Positions 1-8,040 of a stretch of DNA of 32,000 nucleotides are shown here, piece by piece. This DNA is from Desulfocapsa sulfexigens DSM 10523. Its GTDB lineage: Bacteria > Desulfobacterota > Desulfobulbia > Desulfobulbales > Desulfocapsaceae. The translations under genes and the position numbers were made by a program. The notes beneath the pieces were generated by a model. That model had not been told where the DNA came from and ran no database searches. It worked only from the letters and a program-made list of their open reading frames with translations. Every line of letters starts with the position of its first letter. Positions within the stretch are counted from its first letter, which is position 1. The stretch is from positions 2,550,001 through 2,582,000 of the forward strand of contig NC_020304.1 of NCBI RefSeq assembly GCF_000341395.1, given 5' to 3'.

Positions 1-88
1 GATCAACATCCCAGTCAAATTGCTTTAATCTGTCGTAGACAGAAATACGCATTATTTCATCATCTTCAGCAAGAAGTATTCGTACCAT
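1..88 (-). CDS. Response regulator receiver domain protein (partial, N-terminus only)
   Basis: Reverse strand from ATG at 88 reads MVRILLAEDDEIMRISVYDRLKQFDWDVD, a typical receiver N-terminus with the acidic DD pair. It lies just downstream of the histidine kinase on the same strand. Confidence 0.85.
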   Translation of the reverse strand, partial: MVRILLAEDDEIMRISVYDRLKQFDWDVD

Positions 89-94
89 TTTTGA

Positions 95-1696
95 TTATAT
101 CTCCATCGTATTTTGGGGGTATTCAGGGATGGTGACTGTAAAGGTGGTTCCAGTTCCTTCTTCACTTGTAACGGCTACCGTTCCTTTCATTTTACCAACG
201 AGAGTATAGGTGACGGACAGGCCAAGGCCTGTTCCTACCCCGACATCTTTAGTTGTGAAAAAAGGATCAAAGATGTGAGTCAGAATATCTTCAGCAATCC
301 CTGTGCCTGTGTCCGTAAATGTGAATCGAAGCTGCTGCTCTATCATTTCGGAGCGTATGTGCAATGAGCCGCCGTCAGGCATTGCCTGGATAGCATTGAG
401 ACCAAGGTTTACAAAAATCTGTTTCAAGGCCTCTGCGTCGACATAGCATTCCTGCTCAATACTGTTTTCCTGGTGAATAACAATGCCTTTTAATTTGTAA
501 GAAAGGAGTTCGAGGCATTCACCCAGCAGAGTCGCCACGTTTATTTTACGTAATTGTAACGGCTCCTGCCTGCCAAAATTGAGGAGTTGACGCATGGTGT
601 GCTCTATTTGTTTCAGTCCTTTGTGGAGAAGGGGGAGGTACCGTTCATGCATTTCAAAATCTTCTGGATTTTCCCGCATGGATTTGACCAGATTAAGCAT
701 TCCCCCAAGTGGATTATTGACTTCGTGGGCAATACCTGCTGAGAGGATCCCCATGGAGGCCATTTTCTCGTTGAACAGAGTCTGTTGCCTGGTAGTTTCG
801 ATCTCTTTCTGGTAGCGGACAATACGCTGACAGAGTTCTGAAAAATGATCACTGAGGTGGCCAATCTCATCGTTACCGAATGGTAGCATCAGCTGGTCTG
901 GTTCTGTTTCCGGAAAGGATTTTATGGCGGTGGAGAGTCTGTCAAGTCTGCTGACAACGAGGGTGTTGAACATAATTAACAGGGTTATGGAAACCAGGAC
1001 AAAGCTGATAAATCCAATGATAAAAAGAGACCTGTTATTTGCCTGTATTTTCTCATCGGCCCAGGCGATAGGGATGGTGATTGACAGGGCTCCTCGTATG
1101 TCGCCCTGGCTGTAACCATGGCGGGCATGGCATCCCAGACATGAGTCTTTGGTCTCAAGAGGGGCCATATAGCGTACAACACGGCCCTGGGGAGTGTCCC
1201 TGATTGCGATAGACTCTAAAAAACCATGATCGAAGTTTATCATACAGAGTTTTTCAAATTCATCTGGACCGTTTTCGGGATTAACAGGATGCAGACTGGT
1301 AACGCGGAAACTGCCAAGACCTTTATCCTGCGAATATTCGGAGAGTTCCCTGGTGACCATTGCCGGATTTCGCATCACATATTCATTCCCCTCCTGATCC
1401 CTGATGCTTGGCAGATCAAGGTATGGATTCTTGTTCACGGTATCCTTTCTGATAACGAAGAGTCCATTATGTTCAGAAACCCATTGCCTGGTAATAAGAA
1501 TCTGATTGTAGAGCATACGCGCCTGCTGTTGAGCCTGTAAAATAATCAGTTCATTATCAACCAGGGAAGTTCTGTAGAGAAAAACCATATAGGAGACAGA
1601 AATTATGGTGCCAATGGCCACTATGAACTTACCGCGCAGGGAAAACTTAGATTCCATCCACAGGTAAAGGGTTCTGAAACTGATAATTGATTTCAT
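95..1696 (-). CDS. Membrane sensor histidine kinase with periplasmic Tll0287-like/DUF3365-type domain carrying a c-type heme motif
   Basis: N-terminal TM segment, periplasmic region with SCLGCHARHG (CxxCH), second TM, HAMP-like linker, HisKA motif GIAHEVNNPLGG, and HATPase motifs (NAIQAMPDGG, DTGTGI, GTGLGLSV). Confidence 0.9.
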   Translation of the reverse strand: MKSIISFRTLYLWMESKFSLRGKFIVAIGTIISVSYMVFLYRTSLVDNELIILQAQQQARMLYNQILITRQWVSEHNGLFVIRKDTVNKNPYLDLPSIRDQEGNEYVMRNPAMVTRELSEYSQDKGLGSFRVTSLHPVNPENGPDEFEKLCMINFDHGFLESIAIRDTPQGRVVRYMAPLETKDSCLGCHARHGYSQGDIRGALSITIPIAWADEKIQANNRSLFIIGFISFVLVSITLLIMFNTLVVSRLDRLSTAIKSFPETEPDQLMLPFGNDEIGHLSDHFSELCQRIVRYQKEIETTRQQTLFNEKMASMGILSAGIAHEVNNPLGGMLNLVKSMRENPEDFEMHERYLPLLHKGLKQIEHTMRQLLNFGRQEPLQLRKINVATLLGECLELLSYKLKGIVIHQENSIEQECYVDAEALKQIFVNLGLNAIQAMPDGGSLHIRSEMIEQQLRFTFTDTGTGIAEDILTHIFDPFFTTKDVGVGTGLGLSVTYTLVGKMKGTVAVTSEEGTGTTFTVTIPEYPQNTMEI

Positions 1697-2075
1697 ATGA
1701 TTCTCTACAGGGAGTTGGGGAAAGTATGTGTTGTGTGAAATGTTGCGCTACCGAAAGGTAACATCTTTTGTCGAAACTGTCGAATATCTTCAGTAATTAA
1801 CTATTTAGTTTAGTTCTTTCCTTTTTATTGTTTGTTACTAAACGGTATCATGGGATTGGTGGTGTGTTACCTTGAAGTAGCACTTCAGGGAAGCATGTGT
1901 AGTAATCTTTTGAAATTACAGAGATAATATTTTAGGTACACTTTTTGCTAGTTGTTTTTAATTATGATGGCTTTGACTTTATATGAATTGAAGTGATAGG
2001 CTTTAGAGGAGTCTGCATTTATATCGTTTCAAGGGGGAGAAAGTCAAAAGATGAATAACCTAAGGGGAGGTCTAG

Positions 2076-2630
2076 GTGGAGAAGAAGTATAAATCAAGTG
2101 ACTATGCGCATGTCCTGAGATTAGCGGTGATTCTTGTTGGTGCCGTGGCTCTTGGACTGTTAGTAAGGGGAATGTTTCTTCCCGATACCATGGGCCAGTA
2201 TGGTCATTATCGGGGAAGTGATCTGGTGGACCAGCGTAACGTTGAAATAAGAAGCCACACCAACGAGTCGTGCTACGAGTGCCATCGTCCAATCAGACTC
2301 ATTCATAAAGCCGGTGTTCATAAAACAGTGTCTTGCGAGTTCTGCCACGGCCCCTATGCGGATCATGTAAAAGACGACAAATATGTTGCAAAGATGCCGG
2401 TTACAAGAGGCATGGAGATAAAAACACTCTGTCTTCGCTGCCATAATAAGATTATCCGGGCTCGTCCTGAGGAATCCATCAAGGTTGTTGCCATGCCGCA
2501 GCATCTTGAAGAGAAGAAGGTGAACGTGGAGCATAACTGTAATCAGTGTCATATGGTTCATGATCCATTGCTCTGGATAAAGGCTGCCTACGAAATGATG
2601 GGTATGGAGATGAAGGAGGAGAAGAAGTAA
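2076..2630 (+). CDS. Membrane-anchored tetraheme cytochrome c family protein
   Basis: GTG start preceded by GGGGAGG; N-terminal TM helix; four CxxCH motifs (CYECH, CEFCH, CLRCH, CNQCH). Confidence 0.85.
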   Translation: MEKKYKSSDYAHVLRLAVILVGAVALGLLVRGMFLPDTMGQYGHYRGSDLVDQRNVEIRSHTNESCYECHRPIRLIHKAGVHKTVSCEFCHGPYADHVKDDKYVAKMPVTRGMEIKTLCLRCHNKIIRARPEESIKVVAMPQHLEEKKVNVEHNCNQCHMVHDPLLWIKAAYEMMGMEMKEEKK

Positions 2631-3433
2631 TGATTGATATACAAAAAGAAATACAGAAAGACCGTCGTGCCTTCATCAAGAACGTCCTCAGTGGTACCAT
2701 TGCCGGGTCACTGCTTATGGTCATTCCTGCCGGAGCTGCACTTGACCAGCGTTTACCGGAACAAATTTCAGGCATAAGGGGAGATGATTCACCTTTCACT
2801 GAGAAGAAATTTGCCTTTGTAGTGGATGTTACAGCCTGTATCGGTTGTGGATCCTGCTGTGTTGCAGACAAAAATGAGTATAATGTTCCCGACGGCAACT
2901 ACCGTACCTGGGTTGAAAGGTACATTATTGACGACCACGATGAGGTCTTTGTTGACTCACCCAATGGTGGCCTTGATGGCTACACCGAAGAAAGAACGGA
3001 TATTCCTTATCCGGTTCGGGACACCTTTTTTGTCCCCAAACTCTGCAATATGTGTGAGAAACCCTCCTGTGTTCAGGTATGTCCTGTGGGGGCGACATAC
3101 AAGACCGAAGACGGTTTTATACTTGTTGACAAGAATCGCTGCGTCGGTTGCGGCTACTGTATTCAGGCCTGTCCCTATTCGGTGCGTTTTCTGAATCCCA
3201 TAAGCAAAACCGCTGAAAAATGTACCTGGTGCTATTCGCGGGTGCGTCAGGGGTTGTTACCGGCCTGTGTCAATGTCTGTCCTGTGCATGCGCGTAAATT
3301 CGGTGATCTGAATGATAAAACGTCCGAAGTGTATAAGCTTTTACGTGAACCCCACGTGATTTCCGTACTTAAGCCGGGTATGGGGAACCAGCCAGCGCTT
3401 CATTACCTTGGATTGAGAAGGGAGGTGGTCTAA
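2630..3433 (+). CDS. Tat-exported 4Fe-4S ferredoxin-type subunit (NrfC/DmsB/PsrB-like)
   Basis: Twin-arginine-like signal KDRRAFIKNVL and several ferredoxin motifs (CIGCGSCC, CNMCEKPSCVQVCP, CVGCGYCIQACP, CTWCYSR...CVNVCP). Overlaps the neighbouring genes by one base. Confidence 0.9.
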   Translation: MIDIQKEIQKDRRAFIKNVLSGTIAGSLLMVIPAGAALDQRLPEQISGIRGDDSPFTEKKFAFVVDVTACIGCGSCCVADKNEYNVPDGNYRTWVERYIIDDHDEVFVDSPNGGLDGYTEERTDIPYPVRDTFFVPKLCNMCEKPSCVQVCPVGATYKTEDGFILVDKNRCVGCGYCIQACPYSVRFLNPISKTAEKCTWCYSRVRQGLLPACVNVCPVHARKFGDLNDKTSEVYKLLREPHVISVLKPGMGNQPALHYLGLRREVV

Positions 3434-4626
3434 TGAGCGTAGCAGCCCATGGCGAGACTGTCGCCGCAATTTCAAATTTTATTTTTCCCAATGATCTTCA
3501 TGTTCACTGGAGCCTGATGATCGTCCTGTATCCTTATATTACAGGGCTTGTAGCCGGTGCCTTTATCGTCTCCTCCCTGTATCATGTCTTTCATATAAAG
3601 GCATTAAAACCAGTGGCCAGGTTTTCACTCCTTTTTGCACTCGCTTTTCTTATCTGTGCAACCTGGCCTCTGCTCAACCATCTTGGACATCCGGAACGCG
3701 CGCTGTCGATGATGCTTACTCCAAATCCAACATCTGCAATGGCAGGTTTTGGTTACATCTACTCAGCCTATTTTATTGTCCTCCTGCTTGAGATTATCTT
3801 TATTTTCAGGCCTGTTGTGGTGGGTTTGAGAGAGAAGGCCACAGGCTTTATGAGGGTGCTGTACGGAATCCTTGCCATTGGAAGTGACAATGTATCTGAG
3901 AAGGCGTTGAAAATTGACCATAAGATTATCGCGTTTCTAGCTGCCATCGGTATCCCCATGGCCTGTGTCCTCCATGGCTATGTTGGATTTATCTTTGGCG
4001 GTATTAAGGCCAATCCTCTGTGGGCAACACCACTTATGCCCCTTATCTTTCTGCTATCTGCATGTGTATCCGGTATTGCCGGGATTATTCTTACTTATAT
4101 CCTGCTGATGAAGATTTCCGGGAGAGCTATAGATATGGATTGTGTCCAGACACTTATCAAGTTTCTCTGGGGATTCTTTATTCTTGATTTTGTTTTTGAG
4201 ATGCTTGAGTTGTTTTCGCATTTCTATATGGCAACACATCACTGGCATACCCTTGAAACACTGTATTCAGGACCACTGTTTAACACTTTCTGGGTTTTTC
4301 AGGTTGGAATCTTCTCTGTGATCCCCTTCTTCCTGCTGATGTTTATGAGTCTGATCCGCTTTAAGGATGGATTACTGCTCTTCTTTGCACCCATCGTTTC
4401 CATCATGATCCTTTTGCAGGTACTGCTTATGCGCTGGAACGTTGTTGTCGGTGGACAGTTGATGTCTAAAAGTGAACGCGGTGCCACTACGTTTCATCCA
4501 ATGTGGCTCGAGAAAGAGGGTATTCTGCCAGCGATAATTATCATGATAGCTCCCGTTGTCATCCTCTGGATAATCGGCAAAGTTCTGCCATTCTGGGTGG
4601 ATGATGAGGGCGTTGAAGCGGTTTAG
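3433..4626 (+). CDS. NrfD/PsrC-like polytopic membrane subunit
   Basis: 397 aa with many TM helices, adjacent to an NrfC-like FeS subunit; NrfD/PsrC-like composition and N-terminus (LYPYITGLVAGAFIVSSLYHVF). Confidence 0.85.
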   Translation: MSVAAHGETVAAISNFIFPNDLHVHWSLMIVLYPYITGLVAGAFIVSSLYHVFHIKALKPVARFSLLFALAFLICATWPLLNHLGHPERALSMMLTPNPTSAMAGFGYIYSAYFIVLLLEIIFIFRPVVVGLREKATGFMRVLYGILAIGSDNVSEKALKIDHKIIAFLAAIGIPMACVLHGYVGFIFGGIKANPLWATPLMPLIFLLSACVSGIAGIILTYILLMKISGRAIDMDCVQTLIKFLWGFFILDFVFEMLELFSHFYMATHHWHTLETLYSGPLFNTFWVFQVGIFSVIPFFLLMFMSLIRFKDGLLLFFAPIVSIMILLQVLLMRWNVVVGGQLMSKSERGATTFHPMWLEKEGILPAIIIMIAPVVILWIIGKVLPFWVDDEGVEAV

Positions 4627-4640
4627 AAGAAACCCTGGTT

Positions 4641-4679
4641 ACCCTTCAGCCATCTTCTTTTTGAGGGGGCTGGAGGGGT
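4641..4679 (+). repeat. Intergenic hairpin between the nrfD-like gene and the octaheme cytochrome gene
   Basis: ACCCTTCAGCC (4641-4651) pairs with GGCTGGAGGGGT (4668-4679) with one G:U pair and one bulge; no T-run follows immediately. Confidence 0.5.
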
Positions 4680-4763
4680 ATAAAGTTGTTTTACAAGACA
4701 CGTTTTTGTGAGAGCCGGCACTAACCGGTAAATTATAAATTTTCCTATGGGAGGAAAGAAAAC

Positions 4764-6350
4764 ATGCAATATTGGAAGACATATCTTTCGATGGCAGCGC
4801 TTGGATTAATGATTGCTAGCCCTTCATTTGCAACGACTAAAGCATCCACGAATACTCAGGACGAAGCGATTAAAGAGGCAAACATCAAGTGTATCAACTG
4901 CCATCAGAAAGAAAACTACTCACTGGTTATGCAGTGGAAAAACTCTCCCCATGCAGCGGCCCAGGATGGCTCAGTTGCCTGTTTCAACTGCCATGCTGCT
5001 GATGAAGGTGATGAGTTGGGCTATATGCATGAAGGGGCATTAATAAAGACCATTATAACCCCCAAGGACTGCGGGTATTGTCATGCCGATGAAGTGAAAC
5101 AGCAGGCACCTTCTCATCACGCTTCTGCCGGTCAGATTATGGCCTCCCTGGATAACGTCGTAGGCGAGGTTATCTGTTCCATGGAAGACAAGGCCGATGC
5201 GGTAAATGGCTGTTGGCAGTGCCATGGTTCTGTTATTAAAATCCAGAAAGGTGCTGATGGTAAACCACTTTTGAATCAGCACAAAGCTGTTATGCTCGAT
5301 CCCATGACCTATCCCAACTCTGGTATTGGGCGTCTCCATCCGGATGGAACCAAAGGTGCCTGTAATGCCTGTCATGGTAAGCACTCATTTAAGGCTTCCA
5401 CAGCTCGTCAGCCTGAGAACTGCGGAAAATGCCATCTTGGCCCTGATCACCCACAGGCTGAGATTTATCTCGAGTCCAAGCATGGTATTGCCTATTTTAC
5501 CGCCACCCGTGATAGGGGGATGAATGGTATGAATATTCATAAATCCGGTAAATGGGTACTTGGTAAGGACTATTACACAGCTCCTACCTGCTCCACTTGT
5601 CACATGGGCTCCTATATGAAGTCAGATGGTTCTGTTGCACCGAACACCCATAATGTTGGTGACCGTATTTCCTGGACTCTTCGTCCCAAGGTATCTGTTA
5701 AACTGAACCGTGTTGAATTTGAAGACGGTACTCAGAAAGATATCCCTGGTGATATTGCCCCTCAGCCTGGACAGCTTATCAAGTACAAGGAATTCAAATT
5801 TGTAGACGATAAGTGGAAGGAAGTACCCGTGGAAAAAGAAGCCACCAAGGTTGTTGCCTGGAGTGAGCGTCGCGACAATATGAAAGCTGTTTGTAAGCAG
5901 TGTCATGGTGAGCAGAAGGTGGATAACTTCTACACCCAGTTTGACGCTCTCGTTGTAACCTACAATGAGAAGTTTGCAAAACCTGCTGGTAAATTGTACG
6001 GAATGGCAATGGAAGATGGTCTGATCCACGGATCAACCTTTCATACCGAGCTTGGATGGCATTGGTGGGAACTCTGGCATCATGAAGGGCGTCGTGCCCG
6101 TCACGGTGCTGCCATGCAGGGACCGGATTATACCCATTGGCACGGAATGTATGATGTTGCTCATAACTTCTATTTCAAATTCATTCCAGAACTTATGCAT
6201 CTTGCCGAGTCCAAAGGAATGGGTGAAAAATACAAGAAAATTGTTGGCGAACTTCTCGCTAAACCCGAGCACCAGTGGTACCAGAAAGGCTTTGGTGAAG
6301 ATGTAATGAAAGACATCAAAGCTCAGGAAAAAGCACGTTACAAGCAGTAA
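4764..6350 (+). CDS. Octaheme cytochrome c, hydroxylamine oxidoreductase (HAO) family
   Basis: Signal peptide plus exactly eight CxxCH motifs (CINCH, CFNCH, CGYCH, CWQCH, CNACH, CGKCH, CSTCH, CKQCH); C-terminal segment HHEGRRARHGAAMQGPDYTHWHGMYD resembles HAO-family proteins. Confidence 0.85.
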   Translation: MQYWKTYLSMAALGLMIASPSFATTKASTNTQDEAIKEANIKCINCHQKENYSLVMQWKNSPHAAAQDGSVACFNCHAADEGDELGYMHEGALIKTIITPKDCGYCHADEVKQQAPSHHASAGQIMASLDNVVGEVICSMEDKADAVNGCWQCHGSVIKIQKGADGKPLLNQHKAVMLDPMTYPNSGIGRLHPDGTKGACNACHGKHSFKASTARQPENCGKCHLGPDHPQAEIYLESKHGIAYFTATRDRGMNGMNIHKSGKWVLGKDYYTAPTCSTCHMGSYMKSDGSVAPNTHNVGDRISWTLRPKVSVKLNRVEFEDGTQKDIPGDIAPQPGQLIKYKEFKFVDDKWKEVPVEKEATKVVAWSERRDNMKAVCKQCHGEQKVDNFYTQFDALVVTYNEKFAKPAGKLYGMAMEDGLIHGSTFHTELGWHWWELWHHEGRRARHGAAMQGPDYTHWHGMYDVAHNFYFKFIPELMHLAESKGMGEKYKKIVGELLAKPEHQWYQKGFGEDVMKDIKAQEKARYKQ

Positions 6351-6374
6351 CAGGTTGTTCTCCTGCTAGTATTA

Positions 6375-6410
6375 CGCTCCGGAATCTTTCTGGTTCCGGG
6401 GCGTTTTATT
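6375..6410 (+). terminator. Rho-independent terminator downstream of the HAO-like gene
   Basis: CGCTCCGGAA / TTCCGGGGCG 10-bp stem with one G:U pair, followed by TTTTATT. Confidence 0.8.
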
Positions 6411-6534
6411 CGTCTGTTTTTGTATTCATCCAATGTGTTTTTTGCAATGATTACAGTTTTGGCTTGCTGATTACTTCAGTGAATCATCAAGCCTGAACCG
6501 TAAATATTTACCACATTTATTAAAGGAAAACTAA

Positions 6535-7209
6535 ATGAACTTCTCAACAACAATGCAAACCAAGACTCTTTTTCTCACACTGTCCCTGTTTTTTTATACC
6601 TGTGGAATTGGAGTCAGTCAGACAGTTGACTATTCGGCTCTGTCTAAAACTGAATTGCAAAACAGGATTGCAGGTCTTGAACTTGGCCTCGGATCTTATG
6701 TTATTGGCAAAAAAATGACCCCAGAACAGCTGGAAATTTCTAAAAAAAATAATGATTACAAGGCCTATCCAGGAACAGTAAAATTCAAAGATGGAGATAT
6801 CTTTGTTATTGCTGATGCGCAGTCAGATGTCGTGATAGCGGTTTACAAACGAAATAAAAAAGCTAACAAAAACGATTTTAAAGTAACGATCAGCGAGCTT
6901 ATGATGCTCTATGGAGAGCCAACTGCTGAGGCCCATGGAAAAACTATTTATTGGAATTATGGTGAAGACGGATTGATATCCGAGGAGCTTTACAGGACGG
7001 TTAAATCGCAGGGGATGCTTAATACCCTCGTTGTCCTGGCGACTGTAAAATTCACCTCCTCAGAAAATATTGAAACGATAACCGACATGATTGAGATGAT
7101 GAACAAGAAAAATCAGCAGTCAGAAAAAGTACAAAAAAGTGATATCACCAGCGATAATTATATCATGATTCAGTCGGATCTGCTTACCCAAAAATATATG
7201 GATAAATGA
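6535..7209 (+). CDS. Exported protein of unknown function
   Basis: Complete ORF with hydrophobic signal-like N-terminus (KTLFLTLSLFFYTCGIGVSQ); no family recognised. Located between the HAO-like and Nap modules; an alternative ATG lies at 6553. Confidence 0.75.
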   Translation: MNFSTTMQTKTLFLTLSLFFYTCGIGVSQTVDYSALSKTELQNRIAGLELGLGSYVIGKKMTPEQLEISKKNNDYKAYPGTVKFKDGDIFVIADAQSDVVIAVYKRNKKANKNDFKVTISELMMLYGEPTAEAHGKTIYWNYGEDGLISEELYRTVKSQGMLNTLVVLATVKFTSSENIETITDMIEMMNKKNQQSEKVQKSDITSDNYIMIQSDLLTQKYMDK

Positions 7210-7232
7210 ACTCCCTTTTGCAAGGAAACACT

Positions 7233-7532
7233 ATGATACAAAGACTCCTATTAGTGATAAGTCTCGTCCTGTCCAGTTCTGGGGCAATAGCTGCGGATCT
7301 GCCAGATAGTTCTGATTTGCCCAGAATGCCCGATGCATACCGCAATAATGACTACAAGGATCTCAGTAAGAGAAATCCCTATGGGATGTCAGTTTACGAT
7401 ATTGCAGAGCGAAAGGCCGAAGAGGATATCTTCGGATCTGAAGTTATTTCCCTTGAAGAGTCCAGAAGAATACTGGAGGAACGAAAGGCGAAGAACAAAG
7501 AACAGGCAGGTGTTGTACAGGAAAAGGAATAA
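7233..7532 (+). CDS. Small exported protein of unknown function
   Basis: ATG at 7233 with upstream AAGGAA and signal peptide MIQRLLLVISLVLSSSGAIAA; no recognised family. The track ORF starts at 7206. Confidence 0.65.
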   Translation: MIQRLLLVISLVLSSSGAIAADLPDSSDLPRMPDAYRNNDYKDLSKRNPYGMSVYDIAERKAEEDIFGSEVISLEESRRILEERKAKNKEQAGVVQEKE

Positions 7533-7650
7533 TCAACGTGCTGTCGTCAGTATCGATGCATAGATGAATATTGTTTGATTTTGAGGAGAAGAAGGAGGGT
7601 CGCAGGAAGAGGGATTTGAATCTCATTTTTTCAACAAGGGGAGGTTTTAG

Positions 7651-8031
7651 ATGAAAAAACTTTTTGGTTTTAACCTGTTGTTAGCTGTTTTTTTTCTTTC
7701 ATGGGTCTGTGCTGGCGCAGGTGACAGCGGTAGTGTTGGAGTTTCGGCCACGTCAGCTCATCCTGAAATAACGGAGCAGGAAAAGCTTCTGCCATGCTTT
7801 GAATGTCACAAGGAAGCCACACCCGAAATCTACAATGAATGGTTTGATTCATTGCATGGTATCGGTATGGTCAAGTGCTATCAATGTCATGGAACTTATG
7901 AAAATATGAAGATAGAGCCCGAGGCTTCTGACTGTATGGTTTGTCATGTTGACCAGATAAAAAAATGTCCTCAAGACAAGAAGTGCTGGTCTTGTCATAC
8001 TGCCCATACTTTTAAACGCAATGCGAAATAG
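7651..8031 (+). CDS. Small periplasmic tetraheme cytochrome c, NapM-like
   Basis: GGGGAGG upstream; signal peptide; four CxxCH motifs (CFECH, CYQCH, CMVCH, CWSCH). Directly upstream of napA. Confidence 0.8.
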   Translation: MKKLFGFNLLLAVFFLSWVCAGAGDSGSVGVSATSAHPEITEQEKLLPCFECHKEATPEIYNEWFDSLHGIGMVKCYQCHGTYENMKIEPEASDCMVCHVDQIKKCPQDKKCWSCHTAHTFKRNAK

Positions 8032-8040
8032 GAGGAAGCC

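Noticed and set aside
2051-2092. Possible 13-codon upstream ORF (MNNLRGGLGGEEV) overlapping the tetraheme cytochrome start
   Set aside because: It is largely the ribosome-binding site read as codons; no attenuator structure supports a leader peptide.
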